From: an uncultured Alphaproteobacteria bacterium
GTDB lineage: Bacteria > Pseudomonadota > Alphaproteobacteria > Sphingomonadales > Sphingomonadaceae
Length of the DNA: 64,000 nucleotides
Assembly (NCBI GenBank): GCA_963722545.1
Contig: CAVRMK010000001.1
Span: 94,391-158,390 of the forward strand
Direction: 5' to 3'
The translations under genes were made by a program, and so were the position numbers. The notes beneath the pieces are model-generated. The model was not told the origin of the DNA and made no database searches. It was given only the letters and a program-made list of their open reading frames with translations. Shown in pieces: positions 18,390 to 28,890 of this stretch (the first letter of the stretch is position 1; each line of letters opens with the position of its first letter).

Positions 18390-20611
18390 ATGAAGACGAA
18401 TTTCACCGCCATGACGGCGATTGGAATGGCCGCGGCAATCGTGTCGGGCTGCTCGACCGGCCAGTCGGCGCCGGCCGCCATCGAGCCCGCCGCTCTCCCC
18501 GCCGCCGAGCCCGCTCCCGCTCCGACTCCGCGCCCGAACAACCCAATGCTCGCCGAATGGACCGGCCCCTATGGCGGGGTCCCGGCCTGGGATAAGTATA
18601 ACACCAGCCAGTTCGGCGAGGCGTTCACCTTCGCGATCGACGAGCAGCGCCGCGAGGTCGCGGCAATCGTCGACAATCCCGCCGCCGCCGACCTTCGACA
18701 ACACCATCGTCGCGCTCGAAAAGGCCGGCGATTTGCTCGGCCAGGTCCAGACGATCTACGGCCTTTACGGCAACAATCTGATCACGGACGAGTTCGCGGC
18801 GGTGCGCGAGGAGTGGGATCCGAAGCTGTCGGCCGCCTCGGACGAGATCACGCTCAACCCCCGGCTCTTCCAGCGCATCAAGGCGGTCTACGATGCGCGC
18901 GGCAGCTCCGGCCTCGACGCCCAGCAGCTGCGCCTCGTCGAGCGCTATTACATCAATTACGTCAACAACGGCGCCGCGCTCGACGAGCCCGGCAAGATCC
19001 GGCTCGCGGCGATCAACCAGCGCCTCGCCTCCTTGTTCGGCGATTTCACCAAGCGCGTCGTTGCCGACGAGGGCAAATATACCGTGGCCACCGCGGCCGA
19101 GCTGAAGGGCGTTCCCGCCGATGTCCGCGAAGCCGCGGGCGCGGCGGCGCAGAAGCTCGGCCTTCCTGCCGGCCAGTTCGCGATCCTCAACACCCGTTCG
19201 GCCGCCGACCCCGTCCTGACCTTCGCCGACAATCGCGCGCTTCGCGAGAAGGTTTGGCGTGCCTTCGTCGGCCGCGGCGACAATGGCGACGCCAACGACA
19301 CCAACCCGCTCATTGCCGAGATCGTGAAGCTCCGCGCCGAGCGCGCCAGGCTGCTCGGCTTCCCGACCCACGCCCATTGGCGGATGGAAAACACCATGGC
19401 CAAGGACCCGGCCAAGGCGATGGACCTGATGATGCGGGTGTGGCCGGCCGCGGTGGCGCGCGTGAACGAGGAAGTCCGCGACATGACCGCGCTCGCGCGC
19501 AAGCAGGGCTTCAAGCGGCACGATCGAACCGTGGGACTATCGTTATTATCAGGAAAAGGTGCGGAAGGACCGCTACGACCTCAGCCAGGAGGAGCTGAAG
19601 CCCTATTTCGTGCTCGATAACATGGTCCAGGGCATGTTCTGGATGGCGGGCGAGCTCTATGGCTACGACTTCAAGGAAGTCACCGGGACAGTCCCCGTCT
19701 TCCACCCCGACGTTCGCACCTTCGCGGTCACCAATCGCTCCGACGGAAGCCCGGTCGGACTATGGTATTTCGACACCTTCGCCCGTTCGGGCAAGCGCTC
19801 GGGCGCGTGGCACTCGGCCTATCAGGTGCGGGTCGAGCTGCTCGACGACGACATGGTGCTCAACTCGAACAACAACAATTTCGCCAAGGCCCCGACGGGT
19901 CAGCCCACGCTGATCAGCCTCGACGATGCGCGGACGCTGTTCCACGAGTTCGGTCACGCGCTCCATTACCTGACCGTCGACGTCAAATATCCGACCTTTG
20001 CCGGCGCCCAGCGCGACTTCGTCGAGTTCCCGAGCCAGGTCCATGAGAACTGGTTCGAGACCCCGCAAGTCCTGACTCGCTTCGCCAAGCACTACCAGAC
20101 CGGTCAGCCGCTTCCGCAGTCGCTGATCGACAAGATCAAGAAGGCCGAAACCTTCAACCAGGGTTTCGCCACGGTCGAATATCTGTCGTCGGCCCTGGTC
20201 GACATGAATCTTCACCTGAGGCCCGACGGAATCATCGATCCCGACGCGTTCGAGCGCGAGACCTTGGCCGAGCTCGGGATGCCCAAGGAAATGGTGATGC
20301 GGCACCGCTTGCCGCACTTCAACCACCTGTTCACCTCGGACAGCTATTCGGCCGGCTATTACTCCTATTTGTGGTCGGAGGTCATGGACGCCGACACCTG
20401 GGCCGCGTTCGAGGCGACCGGCAATCCGTTCGATCCGACTCTCGCCGCGCGCTTCAAGGAAATCATCCTCAAGCCCGGAAACCAGAGCGACCGGGCCGAA
20501 GCCTATCGCCAGTTCCGTGGCCGTGATCCCGAGGTCGATGCGCTGCTCAGGCGGCGCGGCTTCCCGGTTGGCTCGACCGCGGCTCCGTCGAGCGGAGAAC
20601 GCGGTCGGTAA
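18390..20611 (+). CDS. M3 metallopeptidase (Dcp-like) lipoprotein; two apparent +1 frameshifts (~18690, ~19515)
   Basis: Lipobox VSGC; three ORF pieces join; LFHEFGHALH, DFVEFPSQ and YSAGYYSYLWSE motifs; ends SSGERGR. Confidence 0.9.
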
Positions 20612-20691
20612 GTACCGGTAGAAAATCGTTGTAAATCACCGTGCCCTGTGGCTCTTTAGGCGAGTCTCGGGGAACGTGTTGGGGGGCGAGT

Positions 20692-21357
20692 ATGCGTAGA
20701 TTTCTCCTAAGCATGGTTGCGGCGGCTGCGATCGCCTGGTCGCCTGCACAGGCGCAGAGCATCGCCGAGCTCAAGGCGCAATATGCCCAGACGATGGAGA
20801 TGCTGAACCAGGCCGAGGCGGCCGGAATGGACCCGAGCATGGTGGCTTCGCTGCGCGAGAGCCTCGAGGGGCTGCGGCAGTCGATCGAGGAGGACGAGCG
20901 CGCGCAATCGCAGGCCGCCGCCCCCATCGTCGAGGAGCCTGCTCCCGCCGCTCCCGTGCAGGCCAACCTCGAGCCGAACCTCGCCGCATCGCCCTGTGCC
21001 GACTTCGGAGTGACCGAGGACAATTACCGCCAGGCCTCGCTTGCGCCCGGCAATGACCTTCAGATGCGGACTCTCTGCGGGCAGGCGCTCGAATATTATT
21101 CGATGTACAAACGGGCCGTCGCGCAAGGCCATCCCGAGGCGTGGCGGACCTATGACGCGCACCGCCAGGCGTCCGCCCAGCTGACCGGCTTCGATCGCGA
21201 GACCCGCGCGGCGCCGGGCGAGGGAATCGTCCCCGACACGAAGACCGCCGCGCAGGTCGAGGCCGAACGCCGCGAGGCCGCCGCGCGCGCGATGGCCGAT
21301 GCCCCGCCGCCTCCGCCCAAGGCGCCACCCTGCAACGGCTGCGTGACTCCGCAATGA
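20692..21357 (+). CDS. Hypothetical exported protein
   Basis: Signal peptide, helical N-terminal region, Pro-rich tail ending CNGCVTPQ. Confidence 0.7.
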   Translation: MRRFLLSMVAAAAIAWSPAQAQSIAELKAQYAQTMEMLNQAEAAGMDPSMVASLRESLEGLRQSIEEDERAQSQAAAPIVEEPAPAAPVQANLEPNLAASPCADFGVTEDNYRQASLAPGNDLQMRTLCGQALEYYSMYKRAVAQGHPEAWRTYDAHRQASAQLTGFDRETRAAPGEGIVPDTKTAAQVEAERREAAARAMADAPPPPPKAPPCNGCVTPQ

Positions 21358-22046
21358 AGGCCGTCTCTGCTGCCATCCTCCTGGCGGCGCTGTCGTCCGC
21401 GGCGGCTGCCCAGCCGCAAAAAGGCAAGGACAATGTCTATGCCTTGTGCACGGTCCGCGACGTGGCGGTGAAGGACAATCAGATGGTCGGCACCATCTAT
21501 CGCTCGGCGGTCTTTTCCGCCCCGGCTTCCTACGACAAGGACATCTCGCTGACGCCAGAGCGCGGGGGCACGGTCAGCCGCCAGTTCGAGCAGCACCTGT
21601 GGAAAACAAAGGGCCTAAGCAAGGACCGCATGTCGATCTCGGGCGGCGACGAGCATTATTGCGTCGAGGCTCCGCTGACGCTCGACGGCAAAGCCAAGCT
21701 CGAGGCGATGACCCGCGACTGGGACAAGGCCAAATTCCCGCGCGTCGAGATGGTCGCGACCAATTGGTCCCCGCCGAAGCGCGACTGGGACCGCAAGTTC
21801 GACGCCGAGCTTGCCGATTATGAAAAATTGCTCAAGGCGACACGCGAGGCGCACGAGCGCTACCGACAGGATGTCGCCGAGGTCGAGGCCAAGAAAGCGC
21901 GCGACGCGGTCGCGGCCAAGGCTGCACTCGACAAGTTCGCCCAGGAACGCGCAGCCTACGAAGCCGCTGCGGCCGAGAGCGAGCGGCAACGCCAGGCTTA
22001 TCGCGAAGAATATAAGCGAGTCACCGGCCGCTATCCGGACCAATAG
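21354..22046 (+). CDS. Hypothetical exported protein with C-terminal coiled coil
   Basis: Signal peptide; ATGA overlap with the upstream gene; charged Ala-rich C-terminus. Confidence 0.7.
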   Translation: MKAVSAAILLAALSSAAAAQPQKGKDNVYALCTVRDVAVKDNQMVGTIYRSAVFSAPASYDKDISLTPERGGTVSRQFEQHLWKTKGLSKDRMSISGGDEHYCVEAPLTLDGKAKLEAMTRDWDKAKFPRVEMVATNWSPPKRDWDRKFDAELADYEKLLKATREAHERYRQDVAEVEAKKARDAVAAKAALDKFAQERAAYEAAAAESERQRQAYREEYKRVTGRYPDQ

Positions 22047-22090
22047 GCTGCCATCCGAAACCAGTTCGCGCCTTCGCGGGTTGTGCTGCA

Positions 22091-22954
22091 ATGGCCCGGC
22101 TCGCCCACCTTTCCGATCTTCACTTCGGCGCCCACGATCCCAAGCTGGTCGACGCGGTCGCCCGCAGGATGGACGAGGAGAAGCCCGACCTCGTCGTGAT
22201 CAGCGGCGACTTCACCCAGCGGGCGCGGACCGAGCAGTTCAAGGAGGCGTGCCGATTCCTCGAGCAATTGCGCGAGGCTGGCCATGAGGTGCTCGGAGTC
22301 CCCGGCAACCACGATGTTCCGCTCTACGATGTGTTGCGACGGTTCCTCTCGCCGCTGACCCGCTACAAAAGGTTCGTCGACGACGAATTGTGCCCATTCC
22401 ACCAGCTCGACGGCGCCGCGGTGCTGGGCATCAACACCGCGCGCTCGCTGACCTTCAAGGATGGGCGGATGAACGAGAAACAGGTCACACACATCCGCCA
22501 GACCTTCGCTCGAACGCCCGAGGAAAGTCCGCAAATCCTGGTCACCCACCATCCTTTGTTCGCGCTTCCGGTCGACGACAAGGGCGTCCTCGGCAAGGCC
22601 ATCGGCCGGCAGGACATGGCGCTGGACGCGGTCGCCGACGCCGGGGTCGATTTGCTGCTGGCGGGCCATAACCATCGCTCCTCGACCCATCATGCACCCG
22701 ATCTCGTCACCCGCGCGGCCTCGACCCTGGTGGTCCAGGCCGGGACCGCGACCTCGGTGCGGCTGCGCGAGGAGGAGCAGAGTTTCAACCTGATCGAGGT
22801 GGCGCACGACGATGTGACGATCACCGTCCAGGGCTGGGACGGCAGCGGCTATGCGAGCCAGGACGCGCAGCGCTATGTTCGAAGCGACGGGCGATGGACC
22901 CGCGCAGAAGGAGTCACCAGCGGCACGAGCGCGGAAACCGAGCAGGTCGCCTGA
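22091..22954 (+). CDS. Metallophosphoesterase (CpdA-like)
   Basis: SDLHFG, SGDFT, PGNHD, THHP and AGHNH motifs. Confidence 0.92.
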   Translation: MARLAHLSDLHFGAHDPKLVDAVARRMDEEKPDLVVISGDFTQRARTEQFKEACRFLEQLREAGHEVLGVPGNHDVPLYDVLRRFLSPLTRYKRFVDDELCPFHQLDGAAVLGINTARSLTFKDGRMNEKQVTHIRQTFARTPEESPQILVTHHPLFALPVDDKGVLGKAIGRQDMALDAVADAGVDLLLAGHNHRSSTHHAPDLVTRAASTLVVQAGTATSVRLREEEQSFNLIEVAHDDVTITVQGWDGSGYASQDAQRYVRSDGRWTRAEGVTSGTSAETEQVA

Positions 22955-22993
22955 GCGCTTGAACGATCGCCGTCCAGCGGCCACAGGCGCGCC

Positions 22994-23848
22994 ATGACCG
23001 ACGTGCTGATACCCGGCTTCGACCTCGATGAGTTCGTGACCCGTACGCTCGCCGAGGATCTGGGCGAGGGGGGGGACGTGACCTCGCGCGCGGTCATCCC
23101 AGCGAACGCCCGCTTCACCGCTGAGATGAATTGCCGCGAGCCGATCATCGTCGCCGGGATCGGCGTGGCCGAGGCGTTCTTCCGCCGGCTCGACCCGGAC
23201 GTCGAGATCGAGACTCTGGCGGCGGATGGCGACCGGGTTGAGGCGGGGGCGGTGTTGATGCGCATCACCGGCCAGGCCCGCGCGATGCTCACCGCGGAGC
23301 GCTCGGCGCTCAACACGCTCCAGCATTTGAGCGGGATAGCGACTTTGACGCGCCGCTATGTCGATGCCATCGCGGGGACCGAGGCGACCTTGCTCGATAC
23401 CCGCAAGACGCTGCCCGGCCTTCGCGCGATCGACAAATATGCCACGCGCATGGGCGGCGCGCGAAACCACCGGCTGCGGCTCGATGACGGCCTGATGATC
23501 AAGGACAATCATGTCGGGGTCGCCGGCGGCGTCGCCGAGGCGGTTCGGCGCGCGAGAGCCGCGGATTCCGACTTGCAGGTCCAGGTCGAGGTCGACCGGA
23601 TCGACCAGATAGAGCCCGCGCTCGAAGCCGGGGCGGAGCGGCTGCTGCTCGACAACATGACCCCGCCGCAACTTCGCCAGGCGGTCGCGCTGGTCGCCGG
23701 GCGGGTTCCGCTCGAAGCGTCGGGCGGCGTCAATCTCGACACCATCCGGGCGATCGCCGAGACCGGAGTCGACTATATTTCGGTCGGACGCATCACCCAG
23801 AGCGCACCGGCGGTCGACATCGGCTTGGATTATCGAACGGCTCGTTGA
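22994..23848 (+). CDS. nadC: Nicotinate-nucleotide diphosphorylase (carboxylating)
   Basis: ERSALN, LDTRKTLPG, NHRLRL, IKDNH, LLDNM and EASGG motifs. Confidence 0.96.
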   Translation: MTDVLIPGFDLDEFVTRTLAEDLGEGGDVTSRAVIPANARFTAEMNCREPIIVAGIGVAEAFFRRLDPDVEIETLAADGDRVEAGAVLMRITGQARAMLTAERSALNTLQHLSGIATLTRRYVDAIAGTEATLLDTRKTLPGLRAIDKYATRMGGARNHRLRLDDGLMIKDNHVGVAGGVAEAVRRARAADSDLQVQVEVDRIDQIEPALEAGAERLLLDNMTPPQLRQAVALVAGRVPLEASGGVNLDTIRAIAETGVDYISVGRITQSAPAVDIGLDYRTAR

Positions 23849-24045
23849 GCTTACGTAACGGCGTTCATCGGGGCGAAAGGTCGAAATCGGGGGCGCGCTC
23901 GGGGCCATCATTGGCGGGGTCGCGTCGTCGGCAAATTGCTAGTCGGCGGGAACCTCTGGGCCCGCTCTAACTTTTTTCGGGCATTGCCCGGCCAGCGCCA
24001 CTATATGGGCCCCATTCGGGCGCTGCCGCGCCGAGGAGACGGCTG

Positions 24046-25452
24046 TTGTTCAAAGGGCTCAAGCCCATCCTTTATGCCGGCCGCGAGGTTTGGCCGCTGA
24101 TCGAAGGCGGCAAGGGCGTCTCCGCGACCAACCATATGAGCTCGGGCGCGTGGGCGGCCGCGGGGGGGATCGGGACCGTCAGCGCGGTCAACGCCGATAG
24201 CTACGATCCCGAGGGGCGGATCATCCCCCAGATCTACGAGGGCCTGACCCGGCGCGAGCGGCACGAGGAGCTGATCCAATATGCGGTCGACGGCGCCGTC
24301 GCCCAGGTCCAGCGCGCTTATGAACTCGCGGGCGGCAAGGGCGCGATCAACATCAATGTCCTGTGGGAGATGGGAGGCGCCCAGCGCGTTCTCCACGGCG
24401 TGCTCGAACGCACCAAGGGCTTGGTCGCCGGAGTCACGTGCGGCGCGGGCATGCCCTACAAGCTCAGCGAGATCGCGGCCTCCTACGGGGTCAATTACCT
24501 TCCGATCATCAGCTCGGCGCGGGCGTTTCGGGCGTTGTGGAAGCGCGCCTATCACAAGGCCGCCGAATGGCTCGCCGCGGTGGTCTACGAGGACCCGTGG
24601 CTGGCCGGCGGCCACAACGGCCTGTCGAATGCCGAGGACCCGCGCAAGCCTCAGGACCCCTATCCGCGCGTGAAAGAGCTGCGCGAGACGATGCGCGCAG
24701 AAGGCATCGCCGACACCGTCCCGATCGTCATGGCCGGCGGCGTGTGGCGGCTCGATGAGTGGGAGAATTGGATCGACAACCCCGAGCTCGGTCAGATCGT
24801 CTTCCAGTTCGGAACCCGCCCGCTGCTGACCCAGGAAAGCCCGATCCCGCCGGAGTGGAAGGCGCGGTTGATGACCCTCGAGGAAGGGGACGTCCTGCTC
24901 CACAAATTCTCGCCGACTGGCTTCTATTCCTCGGCCGTGCGCAATCCGTTCCTGCGCAACCTCGAAGCGCGGAGCGAACGCCAGATCGCCTTTACCAAGG
25001 AGCAAATCGGCGACCATCATTTCGAGCTCGACGTCGGCATCGGGACCAAGAAGAATTTCTGGGTCACCAAGGGCGACCTGCAGCATGCGCGCGAGTGGTT
25101 TGCGGCCGGCTACACCAATGCGATGAAGTCGCCCGACGACACCCTCATCTTCGTCACGCCCGAGGAGGAGAAGCTGATCCGCAAGGATCAGGCGGAGTGT
25201 ATGGGCTGCCTCAGCCAATGTTCCTTCTCGTCCTGGGCGGACAATGAGAAGAATTCGACCGGCCGGCTCGCCGACCCGCGCAGCTTCTGCATCCAAAAGA
25301 CGCTCCAGGACATCGCCCACGGCGGCCCGGTCGAGCATAATTTGATGTTCGCGGGCCACTCGGCGTTCCGCTTCAAGACCGACCCCTTCTATTCGAACGG
25401 CTTCGTGCCTACCGTGAAGCAGCTGGTCGACCGGATCCTGACGGGGGCGTGA
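24046..25452 (+). CDS. NAD(P)H-dependent flavin oxidoreductase (nitronate monooxygenase family)
   Basis: IEGGKG, CGAGMP, AGGHNG, MAGG, QFGT and MFAG motifs. Confidence 0.88.
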   Translation: MFKGLKPILYAGREVWPLIEGGKGVSATNHMSSGAWAAAGGIGTVSAVNADSYDPEGRIIPQIYEGLTRRERHEELIQYAVDGAVAQVQRAYELAGGKGAININVLWEMGGAQRVLHGVLERTKGLVAGVTCGAGMPYKLSEIAASYGVNYLPIISSARAFRALWKRAYHKAAEWLAAVVYEDPWLAGGHNGLSNAEDPRKPQDPYPRVKELRETMRAEGIADTVPIVMAGGVWRLDEWENWIDNPELGQIVFQFGTRPLLTQESPIPPEWKARLMTLEEGDVLLHKFSPTGFYSSAVRNPFLRNLEARSERQIAFTKEQIGDHHFELDVGIGTKKNFWVTKGDLQHAREWFAAGYTNAMKSPDDTLIFVTPEEEKLIRKDQAECMGCLSQCSFSSWADNEKNSTGRLADPRSFCIQKTLQDIAHGGPVEHNLMFAGHSAFRFKTDPFYSNGFVPTVKQLVDRILTGA

Positions 25453-25931
25453 TGCGCAGGGTGGTCGCGGCCGCGCTGCTGCTGTCGGGCCTCACGGCGC
25501 CTGCAAGCGGCCAGGACAAGACCCCGCCTTATTGGGCGTCAATCGCCAGCGGCAAGGCGATGACCCGCACCGGCCCAGCGCGCAATTATCCCGGGATCTG
25601 GCTCTACCAGCGCCGCGACCTCCCGGTCCGGGTGCTCAAGAGATATGAGAGTTGGCGGCTGATCGAGGATCCCGACGGGGAGAAGGGCTGGATGCTGGTC
25701 ACCTTGCTCAGCGACCAGCGGACGGCGCTGGTCAAGCCCGGCGAGCCGCGACCGATCCGGTCCGACCCCAACGACGGCGCGCGCGTCCGCTACCTCGCCC
25801 AGCCGGGAGTGGTCGGGCGGGTCGACAAATGCGGTGGCGGCTGGTGCCGGATCGAGATCGGCAAGCGCAAGGGCTTCATCCGGGTCGGCGATATCTGGGG
25901 CGTCCGCGCCGAAGAAGTCATCGACGACTAG
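25449..25931 (+). CDS. Exported tandem bacterial SH3-domain protein
   Basis: Signal peptide; RTGP...YPGIW, WRLIEDPDGEKGW and WCRI...GFI motifs. Confidence 0.88.
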   Translation: MMRRVVAAALLLSGLTAPASGQDKTPPYWASIASGKAMTRTGPARNYPGIWLYQRRDLPVRVLKRYESWRLIEDPDGEKGWMLVTLLSDQRTALVKPGEPRPIRSDPNDGARVRYLAQPGVVGRVDKCGGGWCRIEIGKRKGFIRVGDIWGVRAEEVIDD

Positions 25932-25996
25932 GCCCGTTTGACTCCGCCAGGCTCTCGGCGCAGCTTCAATTTTTCGTCTCGTCATTGGGGGAAGAG

Positions 25997-26639
25997 ATGA
26001 GCAGAGAATTCCAGGTATCGCGCCGTACCTTTGCCGCCACCGGGCTCGCCTCGGCAGGCCTGGTCATGGCAACTGGCGCGCGAGCGCTTCAATCGCGGCC
26101 GCTGACCGCCGAATCGCCGATGGGGCCGTTCTTTCCGTTGTCGGTCCCGACGGACAGTGATGCCGATCTGACCATGATCAAGGGCCATTCGAAACGCGCC
26201 CTGGGCCAGGTGATCGAGATCCGCGGACGCGTGCTCGACATGAAAGGCAATCCAATCTCCGGTGCGCGGCTCGACCTGTGGCAGGCCAATGCCGCCGGGC
26301 GTTATGCCCACCCCGCCGATCCGGCGACCGCACCGCTCGACCCCGACTTCCAGGGTTTCGCGTCGGTCGTCAGCGATTCCAACGGCGACTGGCGGATCAT
26401 CACGATCAAGCCCGCCGGCTACGACTCGCCGATCGGCCACCGCCCGCCGCACATCCATTTCGACATCCGCGGCCGGACCCACCGCAACATTGCCCAGCTC
26501 TATTTTCCCGAAGATGCCGAAGGGAACGCCAAGGACCTGCTTTACAAGGCACTGGCGGCCGACGCGTCGACCTCGGTCGCGGTGCGCGATGCGGGGAATC
26601 CGAATCACATATGCCTGGGACGTGGTGTTGATGGGTTGA
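25997..26639 (+). CDS. Intradiol ring-cleavage dioxygenase with Tat signal (probable +1 frameshift near 26605)
   Basis: SRRTF Tat motif; GPF, LWQANAAGRY and RPPHIHF motifs; the alternative frame supplies YAWDVVLMG-stop. Confidence 0.82.
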
Positions 26640-26643
26640 GCCG

Positions 26644-27087
26644 ATGAGGTTGGTAGTCGCAATCGCAGCCGGAGTCCTGATGATGACCAGTCCCGCCAAC
26701 GCCAAGATTCAGCGCATCGGCGAACCGACGCTGAATGGCCAGCGGCTGCCGTTCTCGAGCGCCGTGAGGGCCGGGGACACGGTCTATTTGTCGGGCGCGC
26801 TCGGAATCGATGCCAACGGCAAGCTCGCCGACGGCATGGCGGCGCAGGCGCGCCAGGCGATGGACAATCTCGGCACGGGACTCAAGGCGGCAGGCCTCGG
26901 CTGGGGCGACGTCGTCAAATGCACGGTGATGCTCGACGACATGAAGGACTGGCCGGCCTTCAACCAGGTTTACGTGACTTATTTCCCAGACGGCAAATTC
27001 CCGGCCCGAAGCGCGTTCGGCACCGATGGCCTGGCCCTCGGCGCACTGCTCGAGGTCGAGTGCATCGCCTACGCGGGCGCCAAATAG
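26644..27087 (+). CDS. RidA family protein with signal peptide
   Basis: PFSSAV, YLSG, VVKCTV, FPARS and LEVECIA motifs. Confidence 0.9.
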   Translation: MRLVVAIAAGVLMMTSPANAKIQRIGEPTLNGQRLPFSSAVRAGDTVYLSGALGIDANGKLADGMAAQARQAMDNLGTGLKAAGLGWGDVVKCTVMLDDMKDWPAFNQVYVTYFPDGKFPARSAFGTDGLALGALLEVECIAYAGAK

Positions 27088-27108
27088 CGCCCGCGCGGCC
27101 TGTCCGGG

Positions 27109-27525
27109 TTACATCGTCAGCGGCTTGTACTCGACCCGCTTGACGGTGAGCTTTTCGCCGTTGTCGCTGGTCGTCTCGCCGGACTGGCCGACCTCGACAT
27201 TGGGGTTGGTCCAGCACACTTCGCCTTCATCATCCATCGCGCTGGTGAAGCAGGCCTTGCCGTCCTTCATCACTGCGATGCCATGATCGAAATGCTCTGC
27301 GCCCGCATTCGCGATATAATTGCCGTTCGCATCGACCAATTCGAAGATCGCCTTTTTGGATTCGGGATCGACGAACTCCCACGACGTCTCCTTGATCTCG
27401 AAGGCCGCGGGCACTGCTTCATTGGCGGCAGCCGCATTCGCGTCATTTCCCGCGGCCGGTGCGTCGGCCCGGTTGCAGGCGACGAGAGCAAGGCACGAAG
27501 TGGCAACCACGATGGTAAGGCGCAT
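27109..27525 (-). CDS. Hypothetical lipoprotein
   Basis: Lipobox LVAC; Cys pair (KACF, EVCW). Confidence 0.75.
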   Translation of the reverse strand: MRLTIVVATSCLALVACNRADAPAAGNDANAAAANEAVPAAFEIKETSWEFVDPESKKAIFELVDANGNYIANAGAEHFDHGIAVMKDGKACFTSAMDDEGEVCWTNPNVEVGQSGETTSDNGEKLTVKRVEYKPLTM

Positions 27526-27590
27526 GATCATTCTCCCCCGTTGAAGGGGAGGAGCCTTACACCCCTGTAACGAAACGTGCGAATCCGGTC

Positions 27591-28784
27591 TTAGACCAAT
27601 TCCACCGCCACGGCCGTCGCTTCGCCGCCGCCGATGCACAGGCTCGCGACTCCGCGCTTCAGGCCCTTCTGCTTGAGCGCGTTGATCAGCGTGACCAGGA
27701 TCCGCGTTCCGCTGGCGCCGATCGGGTGGCCGAGCGCGGTGGCGCCGCCGTGCACGTTGATCTTCTCGCGCGGGATGCCGAGGTCGCGCATCGCGAACAT
27801 GGCGACGCAGGCGAAGGCCTCGTTGACCTCCCACAAATCGACCTCACCGACCTGCCAGCCAGCCTTCTTGAGCAGTTTCTCGATCGCTCCGACCGGGGCG
27901 ATGGTGAACTCGGCAGGCTCGCGCGCGTGGGCGGCGGTGGCGACGATCCGCGCGACCGGCTCCAAGCCCTTTTCCCTGGCGGTCGATTCCTTGGTCAGCA
28001 CGACCGCGGCGGCGCCGTCGGAAATCGACGAGCTGGTCGCGGCGGTGATCGTGCCTTCCTTGTGGAAAGCGGGCTTCAGTTGCGGGATTTTGTCGGGACG
28101 GCCGCGGCCGGGCGCTTCGTCGGTGTCGACGATGGTATCGCCGCCGCGTCCCGAAACGGTGACCGCGACGACCTCATCCTTGAACCCGCCATTGTCGATC
28201 GCATCCTTGGCTCGGCGCAGGCTTTCGATGGCATATTCGTCCATCTCCTCGCGGGTCAGCTGATATTCGTTGGCGGTGTCCTGCGCGAAAGTACCCATCG
28301 CGCGGCCTTCCTCATAGGCATCCTCGAGCCCGTCGAGGAACATATGGTCGTAGGCGGTGTCGTGGCCGATCCGCGCGCCGCTGCGGTGCTTCTTGAGCAG
28401 ATAGGGCGCGTTGGTCATGCTCTCCATTCCGCCCGCGACGATGACCTCGGCATTGCCGGCGGTCAGCGCCTCATCGCCCATGATCACCGTCTGCATGCCC
28501 GATCCGCAGACCTTGTTGACCGTGGTGGCCTGGACCGATTTGGGCAGGCCGGCCTTGATCGCCGCTTGCCGCGCCGGCGCCTGTCCGAGACCCGCCGGAA
28601 GCACGCAGCCCATGTAGATGCGATCGATGTCCGCGCCGTCGACCCCAGCGCGCTCGACCGCCGCCTTGACCGCAGTCGCGCCTAGGTCGGTCGCGGAAAC
28701 GCCGGCGAGCGCGCCCTGCATCGCGCCCATCGGGGTGCGGGCAAAGCTGAGGATGACGGTCGGGTCGGTCGGGGTGGTGGCCAT
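27591..28784 (-). CDS. Acetyl-CoA C-acyltransferase (thiolase)
   Basis: [21 protein letters not shown] and LCIGGG motifs. Confidence 0.96.
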   Translation of the reverse strand: MATTPTDPTVILSFARTPMGAMQGALAGVSATDLGATAVKAAVERAGVDGADIDRIYMGCVLPAGLGQAPARQAAIKAGLPKSVQATTVNKVCGSGMQTVIMGDEALTAGNAEVIVAGGMESMTNAPYLLKKHRSGARIGHDTAYDHMFLDGLEDAYEEGRAMGTFAQDTANEYQLTREEMDEYAIESLRRAKDAIDNGGFKDEVVAVTVSGRGGDTIVDTDEAPGRGRPDKIPQLKPAFHKEGTITAATSSSISDGAAAVVLTKESTAREKGLEPVARIVATAAHAREPAEFTIAPVGAIEKLLKKAGWQVGEVDLWEVNEAFACVAMFAMRDLGIPREKINVHGGATALGHPIGASGTRILVTLINALKQKGLKRGVASLCIGGGEATAVAVELV

Positions 28785-28890
28785 GGGTGGTGCTCCGGAG
28801 TCGAAATGCTGCAGTGCACATAAGACGCCAGGGCCGCTTGTTCAAATCCGCCACGCTCTGCTAGCGCCGAACCGAACTGGAGGCGCGACC

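Noticed and set aside
23849-23945. Fragment reading IGGALGAIIGGVA after nadC as a glycine-zipper gene relic
   Set aside because: Too short, needs a frameshift and lacks a start; may be chance in GC-rich sequence
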